This document shows positions 1-9,517 of a DNA stretch of 64,000 nucleotides, in pieces. The DNA is from a virus. The position numbers were made by a program, and so were the translations under genes. Numbering within the stretch: position 1 is the stretch's first letter; each line of letters begins with the position of its first letter. The stretch is from IMG/VR virus record IMGVR_UViG_3300028416_000501, positions 1 to 64,000 of that record; one strand, written 5' to 3'. The notes under the pieces are model-generated. The model was not told the DNA's origin and did not search any database. It saw nothing but the letters and a program-made list of their open reading frames with translations.

Positions 1-8
1 TCAATTCA

Positions 9-461
9 ATGGCAGACGCAGAAGCAGAGTACGACGAAGAATTAGAACACATGGATGTGTCTGTAGACAAGGGCGGCATAGTTCCTACTGATAAACTGAA
101 AAAAGAAACAAGACAAAATCGTATTGAATCAACAGGTGTGCTAGAATTTGTTCTACCTATATTTGCAGAACAGCAAGGACTTGATGGTGTTTGGTGGCAA
201 GACAAACTAGACGTAAACAGATATTCAGCACCACGTGGTGTTATTGTTCCTAGCAAGATTAAATCTTGGAAGTTTGCTGTTAACGAAAACTTCGCAGACG
301 GTAAAGTAAAAGGCAAAAGCAGACCAGGCAGAGTAAAGAAGTCAGGTGCTAGTTGTAACGGTAGCGTAACAGAACTAAGAGCAAAAGCAAAAAAAGCCAG
401 CGGTGAAAAAGCAAAAATGTATCACTGGTGTGCTAACATGAAAGGTGGCAAAAAGAAATGA
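9..461 (+). CDS. Probable 3' part of a virion internal polyprotein; C-terminal basic module (NFADGKVKGKSRPGR...HWCANMKGGKKK) follows a VNE site
   Basis: Frame is open to the window edge, so the true start may be upstream; acidic N-part and K/R-rich C-part joined at FAVNE. Confidence 0.6.
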   Translation: MADAEAEYDEELEHMDVSVDKGGIVPTDKLKKETRQNRIESTGVLEFVLPIFAEQQGLDGVWWQDKLDVNRYSAPRGVIVPSKIKSWKFAVNENFADGKVKGKSRPGRVKKSGASCNGSVTELRAKAKKASGEKAKMYHWCANMKGGKKK

Positions 462-619
462 GCAAACAAAATTTAACAAAAGAAGAACTTAAACATTATA
501 TTAAAAAACACAAAGAACACGAAGCAAACAAAACAAGTACAAACAAAAGAAATAAATACTGGAAAGAATACTTTATACCTACTAGAACAGAAACTAGTTT
601 TAATATGAATAACTTTTGA
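458..619 (+). CDS. Small hypothetical protein (53 aa, MSKQNLTKEELKHYIKKHKEHE...)
   Basis: Read by hand; ATGA overlap with the upstream stop; fills the gap between genes. Confidence 0.55.
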   Translation: MSKQNLTKEELKHYIKKHKEHEANKTSTNKRNKYWKEYFIPTRTETSFNMNNF

Positions 620-640
620 TATAAAATTAGGAAATAAAAA

Positions 641-1537
641 ATGAAAATAGATGATATCATAAATGAAAGAATAACAAGACCTGGCGATGATACAGATCCA
701 TCATTGTGGCAAAGAATTAAAGGATTATTTAAATCTAATCCACTAGGTACTGATGATAGAAAATCTAGACGAAATAAACTAGATGATATTGAAACACGTA
801 GAGCTCAAAAAATTCGAAAACGTAATAAACAAGATACAGATATTAGACAACAGAATAAAATTAAAGGCTTAGAAGTTGATCAATTACAACGTGATAGGTA
901 CAGAGAAAGAGATGCAATTGAAGACAATATCGCTGATATAATTGCACAAAAGAAATTTGGAAAAGATCATCATGAACTTGATGACCTGGATCGTAGAAAT
1001 GTTATTATGACTGCTAGATATCTAGCAAACGATCTAGAAGCATATCCTGATTTACTTGATGATCCAGATTATCAATCTGACTTTAAGAAAAAATATCCAC
1101 AAGGGTTAGTACCGCATTGGGGGAAAAATTTAGATGGAACAGATGCGAAAGATTATTACCATTCCAGAAATGGTGGTTCAGGACCTCGCCCAGAATACAA
1201 GCATCCAGCATTTAAGACAATGTATCAATATGACGAACCTGGATATGATGAAAACTTACAAAAAAGAACTATGCAAGATCAGTATTATACTCGATCACAA
1301 GTAGCAAAAGATAATAATATACAATTCCAACCAAGACAAGACATTTATAATCTTAACACATCACAAGCAAATAAAGAAAGAGATGAAAGAATTGCCACTG
1401 GAAAATCTAATATCAAAAATATAGAAATAAAAAGAAAACTTAATAAAGCAACAACAGATACTCCTACTGATAGCACTCAGAAGAAATTTGCAAGGGATAT
1501 CATGCAGAATAACACAGGTAATAATCAAAAGAAATGA
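641..1537 (+). CDS. Hypothetical virion internal protein with MKIDDIINE leader
   Basis: 298 aa ORF, AGGA SD, leader motif shared with neighbours. Confidence 0.65.
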   Translation: MKIDDIINERITRPGDDTDPSLWQRIKGLFKSNPLGTDDRKSRRNKLDDIETRRAQKIRKRNKQDTDIRQQNKIKGLEVDQLQRDRYRERDAIEDNIADIIAQKKFGKDHHELDDLDRRNVIMTARYLANDLEAYPDLLDDPDYQSDFKKKYPQGLVPHWGKNLDGTDAKDYYHSRNGGSGPRPEYKHPAFKTMYQYDEPGYDENLQKRTMQDQYYTRSQVAKDNNIQFQPRQDIYNLNTSQANKERDERIATGKSNIKNIEIKRKLNKATTDTPTDSTQKKFARDIMQNNTGNNQKK

Positions 1538-1797
1538 ATGTAAGCAAAGAAAACATTTGGCATTTTACTTGTGATTACTGTCAAGGTTTTTGGAGTATAG
1601 CGACTATGGATGAGTGGAACCCAAAAGAGTTATACTGTACACATTGTGGAAAACTAAATAAAAATGATAATGGAAAGTTTAGTGAGGCAAAGTTTAAAAA
1701 AGAGGAATGGTGTTCATGTGGACATAGAATTATAGATTGCGATTGCAAGCCAGGATGCGAATGTGGATGCAATAGTAAATTTTTAGGAGCATACTAA
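1534..1797 (+). CDS. Zn-ribbon plus Cys-rich (metallothionein-like) small protein
   Basis: CDYC...CTHC, then CSCGHRIIDCDCKPGCECGC. Confidence 0.65.
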   Translation: MNVSKENIWHFTCDYCQGFWSIATMDEWNPKELYCTHCGKLNKNDNGKFSEAKFKKEEWCSCGHRIIDCDCKPGCECGCNSKFLGAY

Positions 1798-2306
1798 TGA
1801 GAGCAAATGAATTTGTAAAATTATTAAAAGAAGAATATGATATAGGTCAAGATGAATTCCAGGATGCATATTATGATGAGATAGTTACAGTGGTAACCAA
1901 TGTCTGGAAAAGAAAATACCCAGATGTTGAATTACATAACCCAGAAGATGAGTTCGGGTCTGGCCATACATTTGAAACAAAAACACCGTCACCTGAAGAG
2001 GGAGGTTTTACATTAAATTTTGGTTCTCAATTATATCACACCAAAGATGAACAAGGATCGCCTGAGAACCTGTTTTATATAGTTGTCTCAAATGCGTATT
2101 CAGGCAACTTCAAAGGTGTTGTACTAGATATGTTAGCGAGTGTATATACACTTATGGAAAGCAAACTACAAGAGTATGCACCTGGATCTAATAGAGCTGA
2201 ATTTAAAAGAATGCTTGGCGTTCATCATAATAGAAACAATGAAGCATGGTCAAATATTGCAAGAAAACTAGGTGCAGTTGAAGAACCAAGGGGACGTGAC
2301 CAATGA
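1797..2306 (+). CDS. Hypothetical protein with MRANEF...LKE leader; possibly GNAT-like fold
   Basis: Leader motif; C-terminal N..AW..IA.KLG pattern weakly GNAT-like. Confidence 0.5.
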   Translation: MRANEFVKLLKEEYDIGQDEFQDAYYDEIVTVVTNVWKRKYPDVELHNPEDEFGSGHTFETKTPSPEEGGFTLNFGSQLYHTKDEQGSPENLFYIVVSNAYSGNFKGVVLDMLASVYTLMESKLQEYAPGSNRAEFKRMLGVHHNRNNEAWSNIARKLGAVEEPRGRDQ

Positions 2307-2524
2307 AAATGGACGACATATACAAATTAAAATATCTAGCAGGTATAACTGATAGAGATGGTAATAAAGTGAAAGAAGATAACGGCGGTAGTAATATAAG
2401 TATTACAGGCTCCGAAAAGGGACGCATTCAGCGTGAAAAGAACATACAGCCTGGAACAGATGAGTGGTTTAAACATTGGTTTTCAAAACCTCATCTAACT
2501 GGCGAAAAATCAACAGGAAAATAA
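2303..2524 (+). CDS. Small hypothetical virion-associated protein
   Basis: ATGA overlap; MKMDDI leader, LKYLAGI and PGTDEWFKHWF motifs. Confidence 0.6.
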   Translation: MKMDDIYKLKYLAGITDRDGNKVKEDNGGSNISITGSEKGRIQREKNIQPGTDEWFKHWFSKPHLTGEKSTGK

Positions 2525-2525
2525 C

Positions 2526-2888
2526 ATGGAATTAGAAACAATCATATTGTTTGCTTTAATGTGCAAACATGCAGTAGCCGATCTAGCTATACAATCATTT
2601 AGAGTACCATCTAAAAAGAGGCTTTGGTTAAACAGAGGATTACATTTACATGCAATGGATCACGCAGTACTAACATTTATAGTATTGTTATTCTGGGTTA
2701 ATCCTTGGTTAGCATTGGGATATGCATTAATTGACTATATTGCACACTGGCATATTGATTGGTTTAAATCAAACATATTATGGGTATTTGGAATATCCAG
2801 AGAAGGTAAGGGGTTTTGGCGTCTACAGACAGTAGACCAGATACTACATTATGCTACATATATGTTTATTGTGTGGTTAATGGTATAA
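2526..2888 (+). CDS. DUF3307-like membrane protein
   Basis: Hydrophobic helices with KH..AD, H..DH, HWHIDW.K and DQ.LH motifs. Confidence 0.7.
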   Translation: MELETIILFALMCKHAVADLAIQSFRVPSKKRLWLNRGLHLHAMDHAVLTFIVLLFWVNPWLALGYALIDYIAHWHIDWFKSNILWVFGISREGKGFWRLQTVDQILHYATYMFIVWLMV

Positions 2889-2892
2889 GAAG

Positions 2893-2900
2893 GATAAATA
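2893..2900 (+). promoter_or_regulatory. T4-type late promoter (GATAAATA)
   Basis: Intergenic, 5 nt before ATG 2906; same spacing as at 12097-12104. Confidence 0.6.
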
Positions 2901-2905
2901 GTTGT

Positions 2906-3367
2906 ATGAAGATAAATGAAATAGATTGTTGGGATGGTTACAAAAAAGATGGAACCAAGCCCGGCACAGGTAAAAACAAAGGTAAACGTGTAAACAATTG
3001 CGTCAAAGAAGACGAAGTTACACTAGATGAATCACAAGATTTCCATGAAGAGTTTGGATATCTAGGATACAGTATTGACGAAAGTGATCTTTTTGAAGCG
3101 GAATATCAAGGACGTACTGTTAAACTTAACAAGCCAACAAGAGGTGATGTTAAAAAGTTTAAAGTATATGTTAAGGACCCAAAAACTGGAAACGTTAAAA
3201 AAGTAAACTTTGGACATGGCGGAAGCAGTGCTAAATCAAAAGGTGAGAAGACTATGAAAATTCGTAAGTCTAATCCTAAAGCACGTAAGAGTTTCCGTGC
3301 AAGACATAACTGTGATAATCCTGGACCTAAAACAAAAGCTCGTTACTGGTCATGCAGGAAGTGGTGA
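2906..3367 (+). CDS. Basic modular virion protein (MKINEI leader; CWDGYKK...NCVKE and AEYQGR...RARHNC...YWSCRKW modules)
   Basis: Start moved from 2816 to in-frame ATG 2906 after the late promoter; modules separated by VKE/LDE/LFE. Confidence 0.7.
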   Translation: MKINEIDCWDGYKKDGTKPGTGKNKGKRVNNCVKEDEVTLDESQDFHEEFGYLGYSIDESDLFEAEYQGRTVKLNKPTRGDVKKFKVYVKDPKTGNVKKVNFGHGGSSAKSKGEKTMKIRKSNPKARKSFRARHNCDNPGPKTKARYWSCRKW

Positions 3368-3373
3368 TTCTAG

Positions 3374-6337
3374 ATGAGAATAACTGAAGTAGACAAAGGT
3401 TTAACACAAAGTGAACTGGATCAATTAGAAGTCTTTGCAGATAGATTATTTGCGAAGGTAGGCATTGATGTAGAGTTTACCCGTCACTTCTTAGATCGTG
3501 TAAATGACGAACGTAATGTAAAACAAATTACAGCAAGTGAACTTACAAGATTATTTAAACAAGAATATAAACGTTGGGGTAAACCTATTGCACAAATGGG
3601 CCCAGACTCAGAAGCAGTACTAAAAGATTTAGCAACAGACGTAAACATACCATTTGCTTTACGTTGGGACAAAGAAAACAACGAATTAGATCTCATTGCT
3701 AAAACAGTGATGCGTAAAAAGAATTTTAAAACATCTAACAAAGAGTTTGAAGTACAATCAGTTGATTACTCGTTAGATAATATACAACACAAAAAAGTAT
3801 TTGAATCAATACAACAACTCAACGAAGCAGGCCCGGCAGCATTAGCAGTACCAGTTGGTATTGCGGCATGGAATGCCTATGTATATTCCAGATATGCTCA
3901 AGCAGCTTGGTTTACTGCAAAATTTACTGCAACTACAGCCGCAGCATATATTGTTGCTAATGCAGATGACTTTGGCTGGCTTGAAAGAAAAATGGCTTCA
4001 TCGGCTATTCTTGCATATCAACTATGGGACAAAGTTAGAGGCGTACAAGATATGAGCAGTGTTCAGTGGAGAGACACTAATGCATCAGCAATGGCAGCCG
4101 GACAACAAGGAGCTGAAAATCCATTAGGTCCTAGGCCAACTGCAGATATTGACGGTGATCCATATGGTATTATAAATGCTAGGCAACAAGTAGCCGCAGG
4201 ACAGTTAGGCGCACAAGCACGTTTAGATTTAGCGTTAGCAGATTTGGCCGCTGATCAAAAAGCATGGGATATTGAATCTAATAGAAATAAAGACAAGGAT
4301 GCAAGTGCTGGCGCAATGGCATCAGGTCAAACAGGCGCTACTTTAACACAATTAACATTAGATGCTAGTCAACAATTAAATGGAGAACTAGCCGCAGGTG
4401 TAAGTGAATTAACTGCAAATGCAAATATAGAAACTGAAATAGATAACGAAGAATTAGATAAAATAGCAATAGCAACTGCTAATGCTCAAAATTTAGTAAG
4501 TGATAACAATCTTATAAAACTAGCAACTACAGTAACACAAGCAAGACAAAACGATGATAGTGATGCACAACTTATTTCATTAGCAACTAAAATTGCAACA
4601 GCTCAACAGGCAGCAGCCAAAGTAACTGCACAAAATACAGCCAGTGATGCTAAATTAATTGCACTTGGACAACAAGTAGCACAACAACAAGCAGATAAAT
4701 TAGCAACAGAATTAAGTGATAAAAAACTAATTGCACTTGGACAACAAGTAGCACAACAACAATCAGATGCTAAAGCAACAGAATTAAGTGATAAAAAACT
4801 AATTGCACTTGGACAACAAGTAGCACAACAAAAAGCAATTGCGGCTGCAAATGCTACCAGTGATGCTAACTTAATAGCACTTGGACAACAAGTAGCACAA
4901 CAACAAGCAACTGCACAAAATACAGCCAGTGATGCTAAATTAATTGCACTTGGACAACAAGTAGCACAACAAGAAATAGATACACAAAATGCAACAAGTG
5001 ATGCAAAACTTATTGGACTAGCACAACAACTAGCAGGACAACAAGCAAATGATGTATCTGATGCAAAACTAATTGCACTTGGTCAAGCATATAAGGATGC
5101 TAAAACAAATGCAGCCAGTGATGCAAAACTAATTGCATTAGCAAATGCAGTAAATGATGTTAACATTGAACTTGATCTTCCAATTGATGGTACTAAAGAT
5201 AATGATGTTAAAATTGATATTCCGGCTGAGATTCCATCCGATGTGACAACTACATATCCTGGAGATGCTGGTGCAATAGACGGAGTAGATAATCCAAAAA
5301 TTGCTTATCCAATTCCACACGCCACTGATATTGATATAGCTGGCCCAAGTGCAATTGCAACAACACTAATTACTCCAAACAATAATAACAATAAGAAAAA
5401 TAACAAAAAAACTAGAAAAAAATATAAAACAGGTGGAGATGATTCTGCATATTGGGATACAGATTTAAGAGGCTGGGTTAAAAAGTATGGAACATTTGAA
5501 AGCAAAGAATTTTTTAAAAAATATTTCACATTAAATGAAGGTGGAGCAATGCCAGGTGTTGGTGCTATTCATATTGATGAGATTACTCCAACACTACAAG
5601 CATTAGAAAAATCAATAGGTGTTGACTTAATGAACAACACATTAGGTAGTGTAGGTAAAAGACAATTCAGTGGAGACATTGATGTAGCACTACAAATACA
5701 ACCAGAAGAATTACCAGCATTCATAGAAGAACTTAAAAAGAATCCACTAGTACTAGACATTGCTAAGACTAGTGTTATTATGACAAAAGTTAAAATTATG
5801 GACTTTGATGAATCTAAGTCAGATGGCAGACCACGTACAGGATTTGTACAAGTAGACTTTATGCCAGGCGACCCAGGTTGGATGAAAACTTATTATCACT
5901 CACCAAGTGAAACAGAATCAAAATACAAAGGCGTATATCGTAACATTATGATTGCTACATTAGCCGCAGTACACAACAGAGATAAAAGTGATGCTAAATT
6001 AGATGACGGTAGAGCTATGGAAGAAAGACGCTTTATGTGGAGTCCAACTGAGGGATTGTTGCGTGTACAACGCACACCAGTTCCTAAGAAAAGTGGCGAT
6101 GGATATACTAAAAAGAATAAAAATGAAACAATAGACGGTCCTTGGAAACAACCAGATGAGATTGCAACACAACTAGGTTTAGACAGTGGAAAAGATTTAA
6201 ACAGTTTTGAATCATTACTAGCCGCAGTTAAAAAGAATTGGACCAAAGAAAAATTACAGTATGTTATAGATGGATTCAAGCAAAACAATGTTGTACAAGA
6301 CATTGGCGTGCCTGAGGAATTAGACGATGTTAATTAA
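3374..6337 (+). CDS. 987-aa polyprotein: RegB/RelE-like RNase module, Ala/Gln repeat module, Pol-beta-family nucleotidyltransferase module
   Basis: EFTRHFLDRVNDERN (cf. T4 RegB YSQHLLDR); LGSVGKRQFSGDIDV plus VQVDF (GS-x-DxD...D); LNE junctions at 3818-3826 and 5531-5539. Confidence 0.65.
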   Translation: MRITEVDKGLTQSELDQLEVFADRLFAKVGIDVEFTRHFLDRVNDERNVKQITASELTRLFKQEYKRWGKPIAQMGPDSEAVLKDLATDVNIPFALRWDKENNELDLIAKTVMRKKNFKTSNKEFEVQSVDYSLDNIQHKKVFESIQQLNEAGPAALAVPVGIAAWNAYVYSRYAQAAWFTAKFTATTAAAYIVANADDFGWLERKMASSAILAYQLWDKVRGVQDMSSVQWRDTNASAMAAGQQGAENPLGPRPTADIDGDPYGIINARQQVAAGQLGAQARLDLALADLAADQKAWDIESNRNKDKDASAGAMASGQTGATLTQLTLDASQQLNGELAAGVSELTANANIETEIDNEELDKIAIATANAQNLVSDNNLIKLATTVTQARQNDDSDAQLISLATKIATAQQAAAKVTAQNTASDAKLIALGQQVAQQQADKLATELSDKKLIALGQQVAQQQSDAKATELSDKKLIALGQQVAQQKAIAAANATSDANLIALGQQVAQQQATAQNTASDAKLIALGQQVAQQEIDTQNATSDAKLIGLAQQLAGQQANDVSDAKLIALGQAYKDAKTNAASDAKLIALANAVNDVNIELDLPIDGTKDNDVKIDIPAEIPSDVTTTYPGDAGAIDGVDNPKIAYPIPHATDIDIAGPSAIATTLITPNNNNNKKNNKKTRKKYKTGGDDSAYWDTDLRGWVKKYGTFESKEFFKKYFTLNEGGAMPGVGAIHIDEITPTLQALEKSIGVDLMNNTLGSVGKRQFSGDIDVALQIQPEELPAFIEELKKNPLVLDIAKTSVIMTKVKIMDFDESKSDGRPRTGFVQVDFMPGDPGWMKTYYHSPSETESKYKGVYRNIMIATLAAVHNRDKSDAKLDDGRAMEERRFMWSPTEGLLRVQRTPVPKKSGDGYTKKNKNETIDGPWKQPDEIATQLGLDSGKDLNSFESLLAAVKKNWTKEKLQYVIDGFKQNNVVQDIGVPEELDDVN
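4499..5143 (+). repeat. In-frame tandem repeat, 10 copies of SDxxLIxL(GQQVAQQ)
   Basis: Near-identical DNA units such as ...taattgcacttggacaacaagtagcacaacaa; unit length about 20-26 codons. Confidence 0.9.
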
Positions 6338-7055
6338 CGAAATAACAAAAGCGAATCTAAATGAAAGTAATGTTATTAGAGATGTTGCTAAAGAACTTAA
6401 TATACCATTTGCAATAGCTATGGAACTTTCTAATAAAGAAAGTTCTCAAGGTCAGTTTGATAAAGATGGTAATACTATTGTAGGTGATAAAAACTTAAAA
6501 AATAAAGCATATGGAATGTCTCAGGTTAGATTGCCTGCATTAAAAGATGTCAATAGGTTATATGGAACAAACTATTCATTAGATGATATAAAAAATGATG
6601 CAAATATAAATGCTAAGGTAGGATTATTGTATTTTAAAGCACAAGGTGATTTTTATGGTGCAACAGATTATATAGAACAACTTAGAGGATATAACGGCGG
6701 TCCTAACGCAATTAAAGGTGATGTAGCATCAGCAAATAGTTATGCAAATGATATTTTTGATAAAGCAGTGATGAATTACAATGGCGCAGATGCGTTAGAA
6801 AACTTTGGGCTAAACGAAGCTAGTCCTTGGGAATTACTTAAAAGAAAAGTAACACCAGTAGTACAAAAAGACAAATACCAACGTGTTGCAGAAAAACTAC
6901 ATGCAATGTTATTACGCAAACAAAAAGAAAACGGTGGTGTATTTAGACATGCATTAGGTTGGTACACATATAATATTGGTACTTCATACAAAGGCATTGA
7001 TCATAAAGTTCTTCATCAATATTACTTAGATAATTTTGATGTAGTTGTTGATTAA
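6327..7055 (+). CDS. Lytic transglycosylase (SLT-like) with MLINEI...LNE leader and extra C-terminal module
   Basis: KESSQG catalytic Glu motif, AYGMSQV, NAKVGLLY, YNGG. Confidence 0.75.
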   Translation: MLINEITKANLNESNVIRDVAKELNIPFAIAMELSNKESSQGQFDKDGNTIVGDKNLKNKAYGMSQVRLPALKDVNRLYGTNYSLDDIKNDANINAKVGLLYFKAQGDFYGATDYIEQLRGYNGGPNAIKGDVASANSYANDIFDKAVMNYNGADALENFGLNEASPWELLKRKVTPVVQKDKYQRVAEKLHAMLLRKQKENGGVFRHALGWYTYNIGTSYKGIDHKVLHQYYLDNFDVVVD

Positions 7056-7060
7056 TACAC

Positions 7061-7090
7061 TTGACAACTATATACATTATAATGTATAAT
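7061..7090 (+). promoter_or_regulatory. Sigma70-type promoter overlapped by an 18-bp perfect palindrome
   Basis: TTGACA-18nt-TATAAT; TATACATTATAATGTATA at 7071-7088. Confidence 0.7.
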
Positions 7091-7108
7091 GTAGGCTAAG
7101 AGGAACCT

Positions 7109-8287
7109 ATGACAGACAAATATTGCATATACACAAACAACTTTACATTCGTTGACAACGACGGCTATGTAGCGTTATGTTGTAAAAATCTAAAAAACAA
7201 ATTATCCAATTATCACATAAAAGATTATAAACTTAGTGAAATATGGAATAGTCCCGAAATGCACGCCGTCAGAGCAGAAATAGCCTCCGGTGGTGAACCT
7301 AATGGTTGTTTTAAATGTTACGATCCCGAAAGAGATGGAATACGTAGTTTTAGACAAAAAGCATTAGGAATGATTAATAGAGGAATTCCATTTGAAGATG
7401 AAAAAATACATGCACTTGATTTAAGATTAGGTAACGTATGTAACTTGTCATGTGTTATGTGTTTTGCTGGTAATAGTAATAAAATATTACATCAACACAA
7501 ATCAATGGCTGAACATTTTGATTGGAAAGAAGGCAGACTAGAAAAAGAAGCAGTTAAGTATCACAAAAGCAATTACGACTGGAGTGATGATCCGCAAGCA
7601 TGGGATAACATTATTAGCAGTGTAGATAAAAATCTAAAGCATGTTTATCTAGCAGGTGGTGAACCTTTTTATCTTAAAAACTTTCCAACAACAGTACAAC
7701 GTCTAGGCAGCTTGGCTCCTGGTGCTAGATTTGTTATTAATACAAATGGCACAAGACTGTTAAGAGAAAAAGATTTAAAACAACTAAAAACAGTGGAAAA
7801 TGTATTCCTAAGATTTAGTGTAGACGGTTGGGGCGCCGCAGATGAGTGGACTAGGCAAGATACAGTGTGGGAAGAAAAACTACAAGTAATGGATCAGTAC
7901 TATAATCACTTTAAATTAAAAGTGTGGGACATTACAGCTAATAGTTTAAGTGTAAGGCACATACCTACACTTATCAAACATTTATGGGAAAAATACCCAA
8001 ATGCAAAAGTACAAATTCGTCCAGTTGTTAATAAAACCGAAGTTCTTATGGAAAACATTCCAGATAGATTTAAAGCAGAATCATTGCGTTTCTTTGAAGA
8101 AAATAAACTAAGACTCGAAGGAGTTGATCATGTTATAAATGAAATGCGTAAACCATTTAATAATGATATGAAACGTAAACATACAGTAAGACATTTTGTA
8201 AACTATTACGATACACATGGAGTAGTTACTCTAGATAGTTTTGATCCTGAGTTAGCAGAATGGATCAATAGCGATGCAGAAGAATAG
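7109..8287 (+). CDS. Radical SAM protein with N-terminal twitch-type Fe-S domain
   Basis: C...CC...CFKC, then CNLSCVMC and AGGEP. Confidence 0.9.
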   Translation: MTDKYCIYTNNFTFVDNDGYVALCCKNLKNKLSNYHIKDYKLSEIWNSPEMHAVRAEIASGGEPNGCFKCYDPERDGIRSFRQKALGMINRGIPFEDEKIHALDLRLGNVCNLSCVMCFAGNSNKILHQHKSMAEHFDWKEGRLEKEAVKYHKSNYDWSDDPQAWDNIISSVDKNLKHVYLAGGEPFYLKNFPTTVQRLGSLAPGARFVINTNGTRLLREKDLKQLKTVENVFLRFSVDGWGAADEWTRQDTVWEEKLQVMDQYYNHFKLKVWDITANSLSVRHIPTLIKHLWEKYPNAKVQIRPVVNKTEVLMENIPDRFKAESLRFFEENKLRLEGVDHVINEMRKPFNNDMKRKHTVRHFVNYYDTHGVVTLDSFDPELAEWINSDAEE

Positions 8288-9500
8288 TTTTTGTTCCATT
8301 CCTTGGATACACGCCGCAACTAAGACAAACGGAACTAGTCGAGTTTGCTGTTTAATGAGTAATCACGATAGTGGCAACGGCGGGCTTACTGGACAAAGTT
8401 TTAAAACTCATACAATAGAAGAAATACATAACAGTGAATTTACACGTAAGATTCGTAAACAATTTTTAGCAGGTGAAAAGCCAGCAGAGTGTAATACATG
8501 TTGGGTTAAGGAAGATAATGGTGGTCAAAGCAGGCGTACATTTACTAATAGGATGTATAAAGAATTTGATTACGATAAAGCAGTACAAGTAACAGATGTA
8601 GACGGCACTACAACACAGATGCCCATATATTGGGATTTAAGGTTTGGTAACTTATGCAATTTAAAATGTGTAATGTGCGGACCTCAAAGCAGCAGTATGT
8701 GGTACAAAGACTGGGCAAAAGTTCACTCCACTGATCATTTTTACGACAGCGGTACAAAAATCAACATTTCGGACGTATCCAAACAAAACAGGAAAGATCG
8801 TGAATCGGATTATGATTGGTGGGAAAGTGAACACTTTTGGGAACAGTTAGATACACACAAGGAACAACTACAACACGTTTACTTAGTAGGTGGTGAGCCT
8901 ATGTTAGTAGAACCTCATTATAAATTTTTACAAAAGCTAATAGACAGTAATATAAGTAAAAATGTAGTACTGGAGTACGATACAAATATCACAAATGTAC
9001 ATCAACGTGCAATTGATCAATGGAAACATTTTAAAAAGTTAATGCTTAGGGTAAGCATAGATGATTTTGGTGAGCAGAATGATTATATACGTTTTCCTAG
9101 TAAATGGTATAAACTAAATGAAAATATACAACGTATCAAAGAGCTTATACCAAATACACAAATAGAAATAAGTGTTACTTGGCAAATGCTTAATGCATTC
9201 ACAATATTAAACTTATTAGATCATTTTAATAATTATCATATTAATATAAGAATACTATCACATCCTGCACATATGGATGTAAAGCACTTACCAAAACAAG
9301 CAAAATTAGATATTATAAATATGTATAATAGTTCTGTACATAAAGATAAACTAAAACATTTAATAAATTATCTGAATAATACATTAGACTACGATGGTAA
9401 TCCATATGATTGTATGATTTTCTTAGAAAAGTTAGATGAAATACGAGGCACAGATTGGAAAAAAACGTTTATTGAATTACATAAATCGATAAATACTTAA
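8274..9500 (+). CDS. Radical SAM protein with N-terminal twitch-type Fe-S domain
   Basis: CSIPW...CC...CNTCW, CNLKCVMC, VGGEP. Confidence 0.9.
   Translation: MQKNSFCSIPWIHAATKTNGTSRVCCLMSNHDSGNGGLTGQSFKTHTIEEIHNSEFTRKIRKQFLAGEKPAECNTCWVKEDNGGQSRRTFTNRMYKEFDYDKAVQVTDVDGTTTQMPIYWDLRFGNLCNLKCVMCGPQSSSMWYKDWAKVHSTDHFYDSGTKINISDVSKQNRKDRESDYDWWESEHFWEQLDTHKEQLQHVYLVGGEPMLVEPHYKFLQKLIDSNISKNVVLEYDTNITNVHQRAIDQWKHFKKLMLRVSIDDFGEQNDYIRFPSKWYKLNENIQRIKELIPNTQIEISVTWQMLNAFTILNLLDHFNNYHINIRILSHPAHMDVKHLPKQAKLDIINMYNSSVHKDKLKHLINYLNNTLDYDGNPYDCMIFLEKLDEIRGTDWKKTFIELHKSINT
9488..9495 (+). promoter_or_regulatory. T4-type late promoter (GATAAATA)
   Basis: 22 nt upstream of leader-bearing gene 9518. Confidence 0.5.
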
Positions 9501-9517
9501 AACAAAGGCATACTATT

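Noticed and set aside
4620-4980. Regularly spaced DNA repeats resembling a CRISPR array
   Set aside because: Units are in-frame coding repeats with synonymous variation, the intervening sequences are related to each other, and there are no cas genes
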